In this document: positions 28,579 to 38,951 of the stretch, in pieces
Layout of the letters: each line of letters begins with the position of its first letter
How positions within the stretch are numbered: position 1 is the stretch's first letter
Assembly (NCBI GenBank): GCA_023484515.1
Contig: JAMDAY010000010.1
Coordinates: 5,131-69,130, forward strand
Reading direction: 5' to 3'
Length of the DNA: 64,000 nucleotides
Source of the DNA: Patescibacteria group bacterium
Lineage (GTDB): Bacteria > Patescibacteriota > Doudnabacteria > UBA920
Made by a program: the position numbers and the translations under genes
The notes under the pieces: model-generated
What the model was told of the DNA's origin: nothing
What the model saw: only the letters and a program-made list of their open reading frames with translations
Database searches by the model: none

Positions 28579-29686
28579 CGAGGCTGATTCCGAAGCGGTA
28601 ATCCAGGCGCTCAAATCCGATTGGTTGACTACTGGACCCAAGGTGGCCGAATTTGAGCAAAATTTTGCGTCCTATGTCGGCGCGAAATACGCAGTAGCGG
28701 TTTCCTCGGGAACGGCGGCCTTGCATTTGGCGTGCTTGGCAGGCGGCTTGGCAAAAGGCGATGAGCTAATAACCAGTCCCATGACGTTTGCCGCTTCCGC
28801 CAATTGTGCGTTTTATTGCGGAGCGAAACCGGTATTCGCGGACATACATAAAGAAAACGGCCTTATAGACGAAAATTTGATTGAGGAAAAAATCAATTCC
28901 AAAACAAGAATAATTATTCCCGTTCATTATGCCGGCCTTCCATGCAATTTGGAAAAAATAAAGGAAATTGCCGATAAGCACAACTTAACTGTAGTTGAAG
29001 ACGCCTGCCACGCACTGGGGGCGGAATATAAAAATACCAAGATCGGCGACTGCGCCTATTCCGACATGGCTGTTTTCAGCTTTCATCCCGTTAAGCACAT
29101 TACCACCGGCGAAGGGGGAATGGTCACGACGAACTCCGAACGGCTATATGAAAAGCTTCTTGCTTTAAGGAGTCATGGAATTACCAAGGATCGGAACAAG
29201 CTGCTGAATAAGGAAGAAGGGCCGTGGTTTTACGAAATGCAGGAACTGGGTTTTAATTATAGGATTACCGACATCCAATGCGCACTGGGAATAAGCCAGT
29301 TGGCCAAAGTCGATGAATTTATTGAAAAAAGAAGGGAGATTGCCAGAAAGTATGATGAAGCGTTTTCGGGGATAAATAAGATAGAAATTATAAAAGAAAT
29401 GGCAAACAGGAAGAACGCTTACCATCTTTATGTAATTAAATTGAAAGATAACGAAGATCGGCTAAAGCTGTTTAATCACCTGAAAAAGAACGGAATTTCC
29501 TGCCAAGTCCACTACATTCCCGTCCATTGGCATCCTTATTACCAAAATCTTGGGTATAAAAAGCAGCAATGCCCGAATGCAGGGCTATTTTACCAAAGGA
29601 TAATAAGTTTGCCAATTTATCCGGGGCTAAAAAATGAGGAACAGGAGAAGATTATAAGCTCTATCAAAAATTTTTATGCCGGATAA
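28550..29686 (+). CDS. pseC: DegT/DnrJ/EryC1/StrS aminotransferase, PseC-like (UDP-4-amino-4,6-dideoxy sugar transaminase)
   Basis: MIPYGKQFIDEADSEAVIQALKSDWLTTGPKVAEFE...SSGTAALHLA, with a PLP-lysine region SFHPVKHITTGEGG. Confidence 0.8.
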   Translation: MIPYGKQFIDEADSEAVIQALKSDWLTTGPKVAEFEQNFASYVGAKYAVAVSSGTAALHLACLAGGLAKGDELITSPMTFAASANCAFYCGAKPVFADIHKENGLIDENLIEEKINSKTRIIIPVHYAGLPCNLEKIKEIADKHNLTVVEDACHALGAEYKNTKIGDCAYSDMAVFSFHPVKHITTGEGGMVTTNSERLYEKLLALRSHGITKDRNKLLNKEEGPWFYEMQELGFNYRITDIQCALGISQLAKVDEFIEKRREIARKYDEAFSGINKIEIIKEMANRKNAYHLYVIKLKDNEDRLKLFNHLKKNGISCQVHYIPVHWHPYYQNLGYKKQQCPNAGLFYQRIISLPIYPGLKNEEQEKIISSIKNFYAG

Positions 29687-30422
29687 AAAAATCGGAATTA
29701 TATTACAAGCCCGCATGGGTTCAACCCGCCTACCCGGCAAAGTAATGATGAAGATACAGGACAAGACAGTTATCAGCTTGATTGTGGAAAGGCTGAGGCG
29801 GGTAAAAAATGCGGATGAGATTATCCTGGCAACAAGCATTGACCCAAGAAACGAAGGAGTGGTCGAGGAGGCCAGGCGATTGGGAATTGGTTATTTTAGG
29901 GGAAGCGAAGAAAATGTATTGGATAGGCTTTATCAGGCCTCTAAAAAATTCAGCTTAGACGCGGTGGTGAGGATAACAGGAGACTGCCCCTTAATTGATC
30001 CGGAAGTTGTTGGAAAAGGAATAGATTTATTTATAGGAAGCAAAGTTGACATAGTAAGCAATACGATTAAAAGGACCTTTCCCCATGGTTTGGATTTTGA
30101 AGTTTTCACGAAAGATTCGTTGGAAAAAGCTTGGCTGAGTGAAAAAGATAGGTTGGGCGATGGCTTTTTGGCTTCGTTTGTTAACCCTACCGCCTACATT
30201 AAAGAGTCGGGCGAGTTCAAGCATTTAGATATTCTAAACGGAACTGATTTATCTAAAATTAGGATAACTCTGGATTATCTCGAAGATTTGAAACTAATTG
30301 AAAAAATATACCAGGAACTTTATCCAGTAAATCCTTGTTTTGGATTGAAAGAGGTGTTGGAGTTACTCGATAAAAAACCTCAATTATTAATGATAAATAA
30401 AAAATATGTCGAACCAAATTAA
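29676..30422 (+). CDS. CMP-nonulosonate cytidylyltransferase-like (SpsF/PseF/NeuA family)
   Basis: IGIILQARMGSTRLPGKVMMKI...EIILATSIDPRNEGV...RITGDCPLIDPE. Confidence 0.7.
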   Translation: MPDKKIGIILQARMGSTRLPGKVMMKIQDKTVISLIVERLRRVKNADEIILATSIDPRNEGVVEEARRLGIGYFRGSEENVLDRLYQASKKFSLDAVVRITGDCPLIDPEVVGKGIDLFIGSKVDIVSNTIKRTFPHGLDFEVFTKDSLEKAWLSEKDRLGDGFLASFVNPTAYIKESGEFKHLDILNGTDLSKIRITLDYLEDLKLIEKIYQELYPVNPCFGLKEVLELLDKKPQLLMINKKYVEPN

Positions 30423-31467
30423 GGATATTAAAATTGCCGGCAAAACGGTTGGATTGAATCGTCCTATTTTCATCAGCGCCGAAGTGGGAACAACATGCAA
30501 CGGCGATTTAAGAACTGCCAAAAAATTGGTAGACGCCGCAAAAGAAGCGGGAATGGACGCGGTCAAATTCCAGATTTTAAATCCGGAAGACAAGTTTAGC
30601 GATAAAAAAAATGTGACGTTTTCCTATAAGCGGCATGACGGGAAAGTCATTACGGAGAATTTATACGGGATGCTGAAGCAATATGTAATGCCGAGGGAAA
30701 ATTGGAAGGATCTAAAAAAATATGCTGACAAGGCCGGTATTATTATGTTTGCAACGCCTGACTACTTGGAGGGGGTTGATTTGATGGAGGAATTGGGTAT
30801 GCCTGCGTATAAGATTGCGACTTGGGACGTGACGTTTTGGCCGATGCTCGAAAAAATAGCCAAGTTAAAAAAGCCGACTGTTATAGATTTGGGAGCTTCT
30901 GATAAAGAGGAAGTTGCCCAAATATTGAAGGTATTCGAAAAATATAAGAATGACAAGCTCATATTGCTCCACTGCTTCCATACGCAAAAATTTGAGGAAA
31001 TGAACTTGAGAACTGTTGAATATTTAAGGCAAGCTTTCGGTTATTTGAGCGGATTTTCGGCCCCGGGGACGGATAGCGAGCTTGATTATTTATCATTACC
31101 CTATGGCCCGGTATATGTCGAAAAGAGATTGACATTAAACAGAAAAGACCCCCATCATCATCATGCGCAGGCATTGGAACCGGAAGAAATGAAAGAGTAC
31201 GTTGCAATAATCCATAATTTGGAGAAAGCCAGGGGGTGGTTTGATCTTAAGCCCACGGAGAGCGATTTAAAAATGAGGAGCGTTCATTTCAGGGGCCTGG
31301 TTGCCAGAGTTCCCATAAAAAAAGGACAGAAACTGACTTCCAAAAACGTTGCCTGCCGGCGCCCATATTACCGGGGTATAGACGCTAAATATTATCATTT
31401 AGTACTTAATCGCACAAGCAAAGTTGATTTAAAAGAGAATGATCCTATAAATTGGGATGCCATATAA
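30406..31467 (+). CDS. NeuB-family nonulosonic acid synthase (PseI/NeuB/SpsE-like) with a C-terminal SAF domain, paralog 1
   Basis: PIFISAEVGTTCNGDLRTAKKLVDAAKEAGMDAVKFQ and a C-terminal antifreeze-like (SAF) segment. Confidence 0.8.
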   Translation: MSNQIKDIKIAGKTVGLNRPIFISAEVGTTCNGDLRTAKKLVDAAKEAGMDAVKFQILNPEDKFSDKKNVTFSYKRHDGKVITENLYGMLKQYVMPRENWKDLKKYADKAGIIMFATPDYLEGVDLMEELGMPAYKIATWDVTFWPMLEKIAKLKKPTVIDLGASDKEEVAQILKVFEKYKNDKLILLHCFHTQKFEEMNLRTVEYLRQAFGYLSGFSAPGTDSELDYLSLPYGPVYVEKRLTLNRKDPHHHHAQALEPEEMKEYVAIIHNLEKARGWFDLKPTESDLKMRSVHFRGLVARVPIKKGQKLTSKNVACRRPYYRGIDAKYYHLVLNRTSKVDLKENDPINWDAI

Positions 31468-31469
31468 AC

Positions 31470-32543
31470 ATGCAGCCGATCACTGTACAAACTTCCAAAG
31501 GAAGGAAGAAAATAGGAGAAAAGCACTCTGTTTTTATTATTGCAGAAATGTCAGGTAATCACAATCAGAATATTAATAAGGCTTATAAGATTATTGACGC
31601 GGCGGCAAAAGCCGGCGCGGACGCTATAAAGCTCCAAACCTATACAGCCGACACGATCACTCTAAATAGCGATAAGGAATATTTTCAAGTCAGGGTTAAC
31701 GATGCTTGGAAAGGGCAGACTTTATATAGTTTGTACAAAAAGGCTTACACGCCATGGGAGTGGCAACCAAAGCTGAAAAAGTACGCGGAACGGAAAGGTT
31801 TGGTATTTTTTTCCACACCCTTTGATGTCACAGCGGTTGATTTTTTGGAAAAGTTACGGGTGCCATTATATAAAGTTGCGTCTTTTGAGGTAGTGGATAT
31901 ACCTTTATTGGAGCGAATCGGACAGACAAAGAAGCCGGTTATAATTTCGAGGGGAATGTCTTCGCTTTCGGAGTTAAAGCTGGCGATAAAAACTCTCATT
32001 AGCAAAGGCTGCCCTCAAGTGGCGGTTTTACACTGCGTGAGCTCTTATCCGGCCAAACCGGAACAAATGAATCTGGCGACTATTCCCGACATTAAAAAGA
32101 AAATGGGGGTAATACCCGGACTATCAGACCATACTTTGGGGCAAGCGGTGTCAGTTGCGTCGGTCGCTTTGGGGGCATGCATAATTGAAAAACATATTAC
32201 CTTATCGCGGGCGGATGGGGGGCCTGATGCGGATTTTTCCCTGGAACCCAGGGAGTTTGCAAAATTGGTCGCTTCAATCAGAGAGGTTGAGCAATCGATA
32301 GGGCAACCGTTTTACGGGGTAGAAAGCAAGGAGGCGGAAAATGTCGCGTTTCGGAAATCCCTATTCGTAGTCGCTGATATTAAAAAAGGCGAGAAATTTA
32401 GCGAAAAGAACGTTCGTTCCATCAGGCCCGGGTACGGGCTGGAACCGAAATATTACCATAATATTCTTGGTCGGACAGCCGCTTTAGACATTGACAAGGG
32501 AGAACCCTTGCGTTGGCCTATGGTACGAAAAAGGGCGAGATAA
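31470..32543 (+). CDS. NeuB-family nonulosonic acid synthase, paralog 2 (PseI-like)
   Basis: FIIAEMSGNHNQNINKAYKIIDAAAKAGADAIKLQTY...SDHTLG and a C-terminal SAF domain. Confidence 0.8.
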   Translation: MQPITVQTSKGRKKIGEKHSVFIIAEMSGNHNQNINKAYKIIDAAAKAGADAIKLQTYTADTITLNSDKEYFQVRVNDAWKGQTLYSLYKKAYTPWEWQPKLKKYAERKGLVFFSTPFDVTAVDFLEKLRVPLYKVASFEVVDIPLLERIGQTKKPVIISRGMSSLSELKLAIKTLISKGCPQVAVLHCVSSYPAKPEQMNLATIPDIKKKMGVIPGLSDHTLGQAVSVASVALGACIIEKHITLSRADGGPDADFSLEPREFAKLVASIREVEQSIGQPFYGVESKEAENVAFRKSLFVVADIKKGEKFSEKNVRSIRPGYGLEPKYYHNILGRTAALDIDKGEPLRWPMVRKRAR

Positions 32544-32574
32544 AAGTAATTAATCACATGACCGTTTTTCATTC

Positions 32575-33423
32575 ATGGTGCCGAAATTCACGCAGAGTTG
32601 CGGCATGGTTGGACGGAAAAGTGGAGAATATAATATGGACAAAAAAAAGGTAAAAAAATTTTGGGATGAACAAGCGACAGTTTTCGGCGAATCCCAGCTG
32701 GCAACCGCGCCGGATACTTATTACCGTGGCTTGGAAATAGAACAAATTGCCGCATATTTGCAAGAAGGAAAGAGTATTTTAGATGTCGGATGCGGAAACG
32801 GGTACTCAACATTTATATTTGCCAAAAAGTTTCCCAAATCAAATTTTGTCGGGTTGGACTATTCTCAAAACATGATCAACTTCGCCCGTTCCGCCCAAAA
32901 AAGACAGGTAAAGCTAAAGAACAGGCTGGATTTCCATGTCGGCGATGTTTTAAGTTTAAGCGAACATGAGGAGATTTTGAATAAAAAATTCGATCTCATC
33001 ATTTCGGAAAGATGCTTGATTAATCTTTATAATTGGGATGAGCAAAAAAAGGCTATTTTAGAAATGAAAAAAATGCTCAAACCGGGAGGGCGGATAATTC
33101 TGTGTGAAAATACGCAAGAAGGGCTCAAAAGATTGAATCGCTTAAGGAAGCCGCTTGGCTTGCCGGAGATTAAGATACGCTGGCATAATTATTATATGCC
33201 CGAAGAGAAGTTTTTAGAATTTGCCAAAAAGCAGTTCCGAATTCTTGATATTAATAACATCGGCAGTTTATATTACATCATTTCCCGAGTGGTTTATGCC
33301 AAATTAAGCGCTATGGAAAATAAAGATCCGGATTATCAAAATCCCATCAACATGATTGCCGCAAAGCTGCCTTTATTGGGAAATTTTTCGCCTAACTTTA
33401 TTTTTGTCCTGCAGAAAAAGTAA
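32575..33423 (+). CDS. class I SAM-dependent methyltransferase
   Basis: ILDVGCGNGYSTFIFAKKF (motif I). The likely start is the ATG at 32635. Confidence 0.75.
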   Translation: MVPKFTQSCGMVGRKSGEYNMDKKKVKKFWDEQATVFGESQLATAPDTYYRGLEIEQIAAYLQEGKSILDVGCGNGYSTFIFAKKFPKSNFVGLDYSQNMINFARSAQKRQVKLKNRLDFHVGDVLSLSEHEEILNKKFDLIISERCLINLYNWDEQKKAILEMKKMLKPGGRIILCENTQEGLKRLNRLRKPLGLPEIKIRWHNYYMPEEKFLEFAKKQFRILDINNIGSLYYIISRVVYAKLSAMENKDPDYQNPINMIAAKLPLLGNFSPNFIFVLQKK

Positions 33424-33464
33424 CCTCTATCCAAAGTTGCCCGTAAGGCGTTTTGAATTTCTAA

Positions 33465-34754
33465 TTGCCAACAATCATTAAGTATAATAGTATGGAATAT
33501 TGTAAAAGGTGTTGTTATCCTGCAAATACCAAACCCATGATCTTGCTTGATGAGCAAGGTATTTGCAGCGGCTGCCGGTTTATGGAGCAGAGACCGAAAG
33601 TAGATTATGCCAAAAGAGAGGAAATTTTGCAAAAAATGGTAGAAGAATATAAAGCCAAAGCTAAGGCAAATGGCAGCCCTTATGATTGCATTATACCGGT
33701 GAGCGGAGGGAAGGATAGCCATTACCAGACATACTTTATTAAGAAAGTATGTGGCATGAATCCTCTTTTGGTTACATATAATCACGCGCTCAATACGGCA
33801 ACCGGGATAAGAAACCTTAATAATCTTGTGGAAAAGTTAGGTTGCGACCTGGTCAGGTTTACTTCAAACCCGGAATCCGTACGACGGATTTCCCGTTATA
33901 TGTTGAAAAAAGTGGGTGATGTTACCTGGCACTATCATGCCGGCATTAAGACGTTTCCGATCCAGATTGCCGTGAAATACAGAATTCCCCTGATCGTCTG
34001 GGGAGAGTTGGGTTTTGCCGATATGATGGGGATGTACCGTCATGAGGATATGCTGGAATTCTCCAAAAAAATCAGGCAGGAGCACGACATGCGGGGTTTT
34101 GAACCTGATGATATTTTGAACGATCCGGACAACCGCGAGATCACCCGCCAAGATCTTTCCCCGTTTTATTATCCGTCTGAGGAAGAAATGGAGGAGGTTG
34201 GGGTCAGGGGTATTTATTTGAGTAATTTTTTCGAGTGGAATTCAAAGAAACAGACCGAACGGATGATAAAAGAGTATGATTTTGAAACGGCAGAAAAAAA
34301 AGAAAGGACTTTCAACCTTTATGACAAGAATGATGACGCGGCAAATGAGGTCCACGATTATCTGAAATATTTAAAATTCGGATATGGCCGGGCGACGGAC
34401 GATGCGAGCTATGAAATCCGCATGGGGAGAATGACCAGGGAAGAAGGGGTGGAAATGGTGGCCAAGTATGACAGCGTAAAGCCGTCTTCGTTGAAAACTT
34501 ACCTGGAATTTATGGATATGACTGAGGAAGAATTTTTTCAAGCCGTAGAACCGATGCGAGACCCGAAGATTTGGGAAAAAACCGGCAGCGGAGAATGGGT
34601 TGTAAAAGATTCTATCATGAATCATAAATTGGAGCCTGGAGTGGATGAGGCCCGGCTTCCCCAGCAGAAGGATAGAACCGGTTTTATAAAAAACTCCCAT
34701 GCGGAATCATTTGTTCGCAGAAATAGCGGGGAAAGCGGATATATAGTTTTGTAA
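33465..34754 (+). CDS. N-acetyl sugar amidotransferase (PP-loop ATPase; WbuX/PseA-like)
   Basis: MEYCKRCCYPANTKP...CSGC zinc ribbon, followed by a PP-loop IIPVSGGKDSHYQTYF. Confidence 0.85.
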   Translation: MPTIIKYNSMEYCKRCCYPANTKPMILLDEQGICSGCRFMEQRPKVDYAKREEILQKMVEEYKAKAKANGSPYDCIIPVSGGKDSHYQTYFIKKVCGMNPLLVTYNHALNTATGIRNLNNLVEKLGCDLVRFTSNPESVRRISRYMLKKVGDVTWHYHAGIKTFPIQIAVKYRIPLIVWGELGFADMMGMYRHEDMLEFSKKIRQEHDMRGFEPDDILNDPDNREITRQDLSPFYYPSEEEMEEVGVRGIYLSNFFEWNSKKQTERMIKEYDFETAEKKERTFNLYDKNDDAANEVHDYLKYLKFGYGRATDDASYEIRMGRMTREEGVEMVAKYDSVKPSSLKTYLEFMDMTEEEFFQAVEPMRDPKIWEKTGSGEWVVKDSIMNHKLEPGVDEARLPQQKDRTGFIKNSHAESFVRRNSGESGYIVL

Positions 34755-34760
34755 AAAACC

Positions 34761-35399
34761 ATGATTGCAATTATTGATTACAAAATGGGGAATTTGCGCT
34801 CTATTGCCAACGCGTTCGGATTGCTCGGGGCCGAGACAGTAATTGCCCAAACGCCTGAAATTTTATCTAAAGCGGAAGCAATTGTTATTCCGGGAGTTGG
34901 GGCGTTCCGGGACGGGATGAAGAATCTTCAAGAGCTTGGATTTACAAACGCCTTGCAGGAAGAAGTGGCGGAAAACAAGAAACCGTTCCTGGGCGTTTGC
35001 CTGGGGTTGCAGCTTATAGCTAAAAGGAGTTTTGAAAACGGTGAATACGAAGGCTTAGATTGGATAGATTTTGACGTCAAAAAAATAACTCCCCAAAGCG
35101 GGAATTTCCGGATCCCGCATATGGGATGGAACGAACTTGAAATTAAAGGCGAGGGGGGTGTATTGTTGCAGGGCATTCCGAAACCGGCGGTGGTATATTT
35201 CGTTCATAGTTATTTTCTTCAGCCTAACAGTAAAGCGTCTGAAAAGTTGGTTACTTCCACTTGCTTCCATGGCGAAACCATCACGGCGAGCGTTGAACAG
35301 GAAAATATTTTCGGGTGCCAGTTCCATCCTGAAAAAAGCCAGAATACCGGTTTGGCCGTATTAAGGAATTTTATTGAATTTGCAAAAAAACATGCTTAA
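34761..35399 (+). CDS. hisH: glutamine amidotransferase, HisH-like (WbuY-type)
   Basis: IAIIDYKMGNLRS...PFLGVCLGLQL (catalytic Cys)...FHPEKS. Confidence 0.85.
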   Translation: MIAIIDYKMGNLRSIANAFGLLGAETVIAQTPEILSKAEAIVIPGVGAFRDGMKNLQELGFTNALQEEVAENKKPFLGVCLGLQLIAKRSFENGEYEGLDWIDFDVKKITPQSGNFRIPHMGWNELEIKGEGGVLLQGIPKPAVVYFVHSYFLQPNSKASEKLVTSTCFHGETITASVEQENIFGCQFHPEKSQNTGLAVLRNFIEFAKKHA

Positions 35400-36195
35400 G
35401 AATAGATTAATTGCCTGCTTGCTGTGGAGGGACGGCCTGATAGTGCAATCGGTAAATTTTAACCATACGAATTTTGTCGGTGACGCGCTGACGGCTGTTG
35501 ATTTTTTTAATACCTGGGCCATTGATGAAATAGTCATTTTGGACGTCAGCCGGAATGCCGAAAAGCGGGACTTGTTTTTTCGCATCATAGACGAACTCTC
35601 CGCCCGGAGCTTTGTTCCTTTGACCGTCGGCGGAAAAATTAGGACAATTGAAGACATTAGGAAGCTGCTGCAAATAGGGGCTGACAAGGTTTGCGTTAAT
35701 TCGGAAGCCTTTAAGAATTCGCAGTTCGTTATGCAAGCAGCGGAAATGTTCGGGAGCCAATGCATTGTGGTTTCAATTGATGTTAAAAAAATTAATGATC
35801 AATACAGGGTGTTTATAAATAATGGCCAAACCGATACCGGAACAGACCCGGTGGGATGGGCAAAACAAGCTGAAGCATTAGGGGCTGGAGAGATATTTTT
35901 GACTTCTATTGACCGGGACGGTTCGCGGGAAGGATACGACCTGGAGTTGATTGCTAAAGTTTCTGGAAACGTCCGTATACCTGTAATTGCTTCCGGCGGA
36001 GTGGGAGACTGGCAACATTTTATTGACGGAATTGCCAAAGGGAAAGCCGATGCGGTGTCTGCAGCCAACATTTTCCATTATTCGGAGCAAAGCACCAAGA
36101 AGGCTAAAAATTTTATGAGGGCGAGCGGCCTGAATATTAGAGAACCCGAATTTTATTTTATTAATACGCCGCGAAAGCCAAAGTATCGGATATAG
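35392..36195 (+). CDS. hisF: imidazole-glycerol-phosphate synthase cyclase-subunit-like, HisF-like (WbuZ-type)
   Basis: RLIACLLWRDGLIVQSVNF...DEIVILDVS...PLTVGGKIR. Confidence 0.85.
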   Translation: MLKNRLIACLLWRDGLIVQSVNFNHTNFVGDALTAVDFFNTWAIDEIVILDVSRNAEKRDLFFRIIDELSARSFVPLTVGGKIRTIEDIRKLLQIGADKVCVNSEAFKNSQFVMQAAEMFGSQCIVVSIDVKKINDQYRVFINNGQTDTGTDPVGWAKQAEALGAGEIFLTSIDRDGSREGYDLELIAKVSGNVRIPVIASGGVGDWQHFIDGIAKGKADAVSAANIFHYSEQSTKKAKNFMRASGLNIREPEFYFINTPRKPKYRI

Positions 36196-36201
36196 GCAGC
36201 T

Positions 36202-36951
36202 ATGATTAAATACGGTTTAAAATTATGGAGCAATAACTACGGCTATTTTGCGCAAGCCGTGTCTTTGTTCGCGGAAAAGGAGTTTGATTTTATTGAATTA
36301 TCACACAATGCCCGCATGGAGCTGGATTTAGGCAAGCTGGGATTGCTCAAAAATTTGCCTGTGACAATCCATAACACCAACGATCTTGGCTTTCACGAGT
36401 TTGAGATTGGCGTGCAGCAGCTTGAAATATGGGCAAAGACGAAGCAATTGGCCGATTACTTTAACAGTCCTTATATAATTGTTCATCCGGGAAGGGCAAA
36501 AGATTTTGATTCATTTATCCGTAATTTACAATATATTGACGACAGCAGAATCCTAATTGAAAATATGGCCGGTTTGGATTTGGACAAAAAATTAACATTC
36601 GGTTTTAACCTGTCAGAATTAAAATTGGTGAACAAAACGAAAAAAATTTGTTTTGATTTGGAGAAGGCTATCAAATCGGCGTGCTACCAGGAAATGGATT
36701 ACAAGGAATTTATATGCAGATGTATTAGCGAATTAAAGCCGTTTTACTTTCATATTTCGGGAGGGGATATGAACAGTGTTTTGGACGAGCATTTAAACTT
36801 ACAGGAAGCAAATTTCGATTTGAAATGGATAAAAAGAGAGCTTGAAAAAATTTCCGAAAGGCAAGACATTTTTTTGGTTTTTGAAACGCCTAAAAACAGC
36901 AATTTGGAGAATGACGTTGCCAATATGCGTTTTTTCAGGGAAGGAAAATAA
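36202..36951 (+). CDS. hypothetical protein, possibly a TIM-barrel sugar-phosphate isomerase/epimerase-like protein
   Basis: Weak resemblance only (FIELSHN...IIVHPGR...ILIENMAG). Confidence 0.35.
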   Translation: MIKYGLKLWSNNYGYFAQAVSLFAEKEFDFIELSHNARMELDLGKLGLLKNLPVTIHNTNDLGFHEFEIGVQQLEIWAKTKQLADYFNSPYIIVHPGRAKDFDSFIRNLQYIDDSRILIENMAGLDLDKKLTFGFNLSELKLVNKTKKICFDLEKAIKSACYQEMDYKEFICRCISELKPFYFHISGGDMNSVLDEHLNLQEANFDLKWIKRELEKISERQDIFLVFETPKNSNLENDVANMRFFREGK

Positions 36952-36954
36952 AAT

Positions 36955-38940
36955 ATGAGTAATGTTAACAATCCGGACAGGCCTGTTGTCCTTTTTATCC
37001 CCGAAGCCGGCATATACCCTTATTTGCGGGGATTGGCCGTATTGGGCGATGCCATACAAAAACGCGGTGGCAGGGTTTTGGTGACGCGCGATTCCGGGCA
37101 GATGATACGCACTCCCATGGCCGCAGGCTTACGCGGGCCGGTATATCCTAGCGAGGGGCAAAAAACGGCCGTTGCCAGAAGCATTGACAGGCGTTTGGCA
37201 GATGTCCGGCAGAAATACAATTTTTCCATAATTGAACTTTCGGAACTTGTGAGTGCAAATCTTATGTCCGAGATTGAAAAGCTAATCCAAGTGCCGGATG
37301 AAAATTTGGAGGGGCTGGTTTACCAGGGGTGCCAGGTTGGGAAAATCGCTTTGCATGATTTTATCTTAGAAACCAAAACTTTTCCCGTAGTTTCTAAACT
37401 TTCAGCGGCGCATAAGGAATTATATAAGGCGTATATAAAAAATACAGCTTTGGCTGTTTCCATTTCGGACGAGATTTGCAAAATTTACCACCCATCTTTA
37501 TTTATTACTTTTAACGAATATTCCCAATGCCAGGCTGTGCGTTATAGCGCGGAAAAAAATTTCGTTTTACGGCTTGGACTGACATATCCGGTGCATTTCG
37601 GGACTGATACGTCAAAATTTTGTATTGGCAAGTCAGTGCTTATTTACCCTTCTTTTTCCTATTTCCAAAAATGGGAAGCGGTTAAAGACATGCCAATACC
37701 GCCGCAATATGTAAAGGAATGCTGGGAAGACGTTGTTTTTCGCGCTTTTACTTCGGGATCGCATATATTTTCCAACAAAAAGACCGGAGATCCAGTTACT
37801 ATTTTCAATAGACTAAAACTAAATCCACAGAAGAAAACCATTGTTGCCTACACGAGCAGCAGCGATGAACGCCAAGGAATGGATGTTGTCATAAAAATAT
37901 GGAAGGATGAAGGCCGGATAATTGACGCTTTTTCGGATCAGATAGAATGGCTGTCCTGGCTGCGAGACCAAGCTTCCCGGCGGAACGACATACAAATTGT
38001 AGTTCGCGTTCATCCGCGCGAAGGCTCAAGGCAGTTTGGGTTTGAATCGCAGCACCTTAAGGATCTCAAGGCCAAATTCTTAAAAAATTCCCCAAATTTC
38101 ACCATGGTTTGGCCGGATGACCCCATATCCAGTTATGATCTGATGGAACTGGCGGACGTTTGCCTTATTTCCTGGTCAACCATAGGGCAGGAGGCAGCCA
38201 GGCTGGGAATGCCAGTGCTAGCGTATGCGGGCAACATGAATTATCCTGACGACGATTTTATCCAAGTCGCCACAAGCCCGGAGGAATACGAAAAGAAATT
38301 AAACGCCATGCTGGAGATGGATTACACCTGGCGCCATTTGGTTAAAGCGGTAAGATTTTACCATTGGCGCACTTTTATTCCTTCCCTGGATTTGGGAGAA
38401 ACGGTCCCGCGGGGTTTTGAGGACGAGTCAATTTGGCCCGAAGCCCCAGCTTCCAAAATCGGAATAATTAACGAAATTTTATCCGGAAAAAAAGATATTA
38501 TTTCCTATAATGCAGAACAATGGAAAGCGTCCTTAACCGAAAAATCCGCCGCCTTGGAATCCGAAGCCATGCGGCAGGGGACTCGCTTGTTCCTGGACAA
38601 GATTTTTTATCCGCCAGTATCGTTGGAACAAAAATTCGGCGTCTTTTTCCGGCTTTACCGCAAAGGACTAAAGGCTTTAAGCCTGGTGTTTGGAAGAAAA
38701 TTTTATTTAAAACTTTTCAGACAAAGCTGGGAACGGCCGTTTAAGGATTATTGCCTGGAATTTTCTCCGGATACTGCAAATTTGCAGGTTTTGCGCGACA
38801 AAACCAGAAAAGACAAGAATTTGCGGATAATTGCGGCCGACGGCCCGTATGCCATTTTAATCCATAAAGGCAAGCTGCTCCGCCGGATGTCTCCGATGAT
38901 TGTCAGGCTGGCAAGGTTATACGTTTCCAGTCTGCAATAG
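36955..38940 (+). CDS. hypothetical 661-aa protein with a KpsC/KpsS-like (Capsule_synth) segment; putative CMP-ulosonic-acid transferase
   Basis: IVVRVHPRE...CLISWSTIGQEAARLGMPVLAYAGN resembles the conserved core of KpsC/KpsS beta-Kdo transferases. Judged by eye only. Confidence 0.35.
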   Translation: MSNVNNPDRPVVLFIPEAGIYPYLRGLAVLGDAIQKRGGRVLVTRDSGQMIRTPMAAGLRGPVYPSEGQKTAVARSIDRRLADVRQKYNFSIIELSELVSANLMSEIEKLIQVPDENLEGLVYQGCQVGKIALHDFILETKTFPVVSKLSAAHKELYKAYIKNTALAVSISDEICKIYHPSLFITFNEYSQCQAVRYSAEKNFVLRLGLTYPVHFGTDTSKFCIGKSVLIYPSFSYFQKWEAVKDMPIPPQYVKECWEDVVFRAFTSGSHIFSNKKTGDPVTIFNRLKLNPQKKTIVAYTSSSDERQGMDVVIKIWKDEGRIIDAFSDQIEWLSWLRDQASRRNDIQIVVRVHPREGSRQFGFESQHLKDLKAKFLKNSPNFTMVWPDDPISSYDLMELADVCLISWSTIGQEAARLGMPVLAYAGNMNYPDDDFIQVATSPEEYEKKLNAMLEMDYTWRHLVKAVRFYHWRTFIPSLDLGETVPRGFEDESIWPEAPASKIGIINEILSGKKDIISYNAEQWKASLTEKSAALESEAMRQGTRLFLDKIFYPPVSLEQKFGVFFRLYRKGLKALSLVFGRKFYLKLFRQSWERPFKDYCLEFSPDTANLQVLRDKTRKDKNLRIIAADGPYAILIHKGKLLRRMSPMIVRLARLYVSSLQ

Positions 38941-38951
38941 GAAGTGATCTT

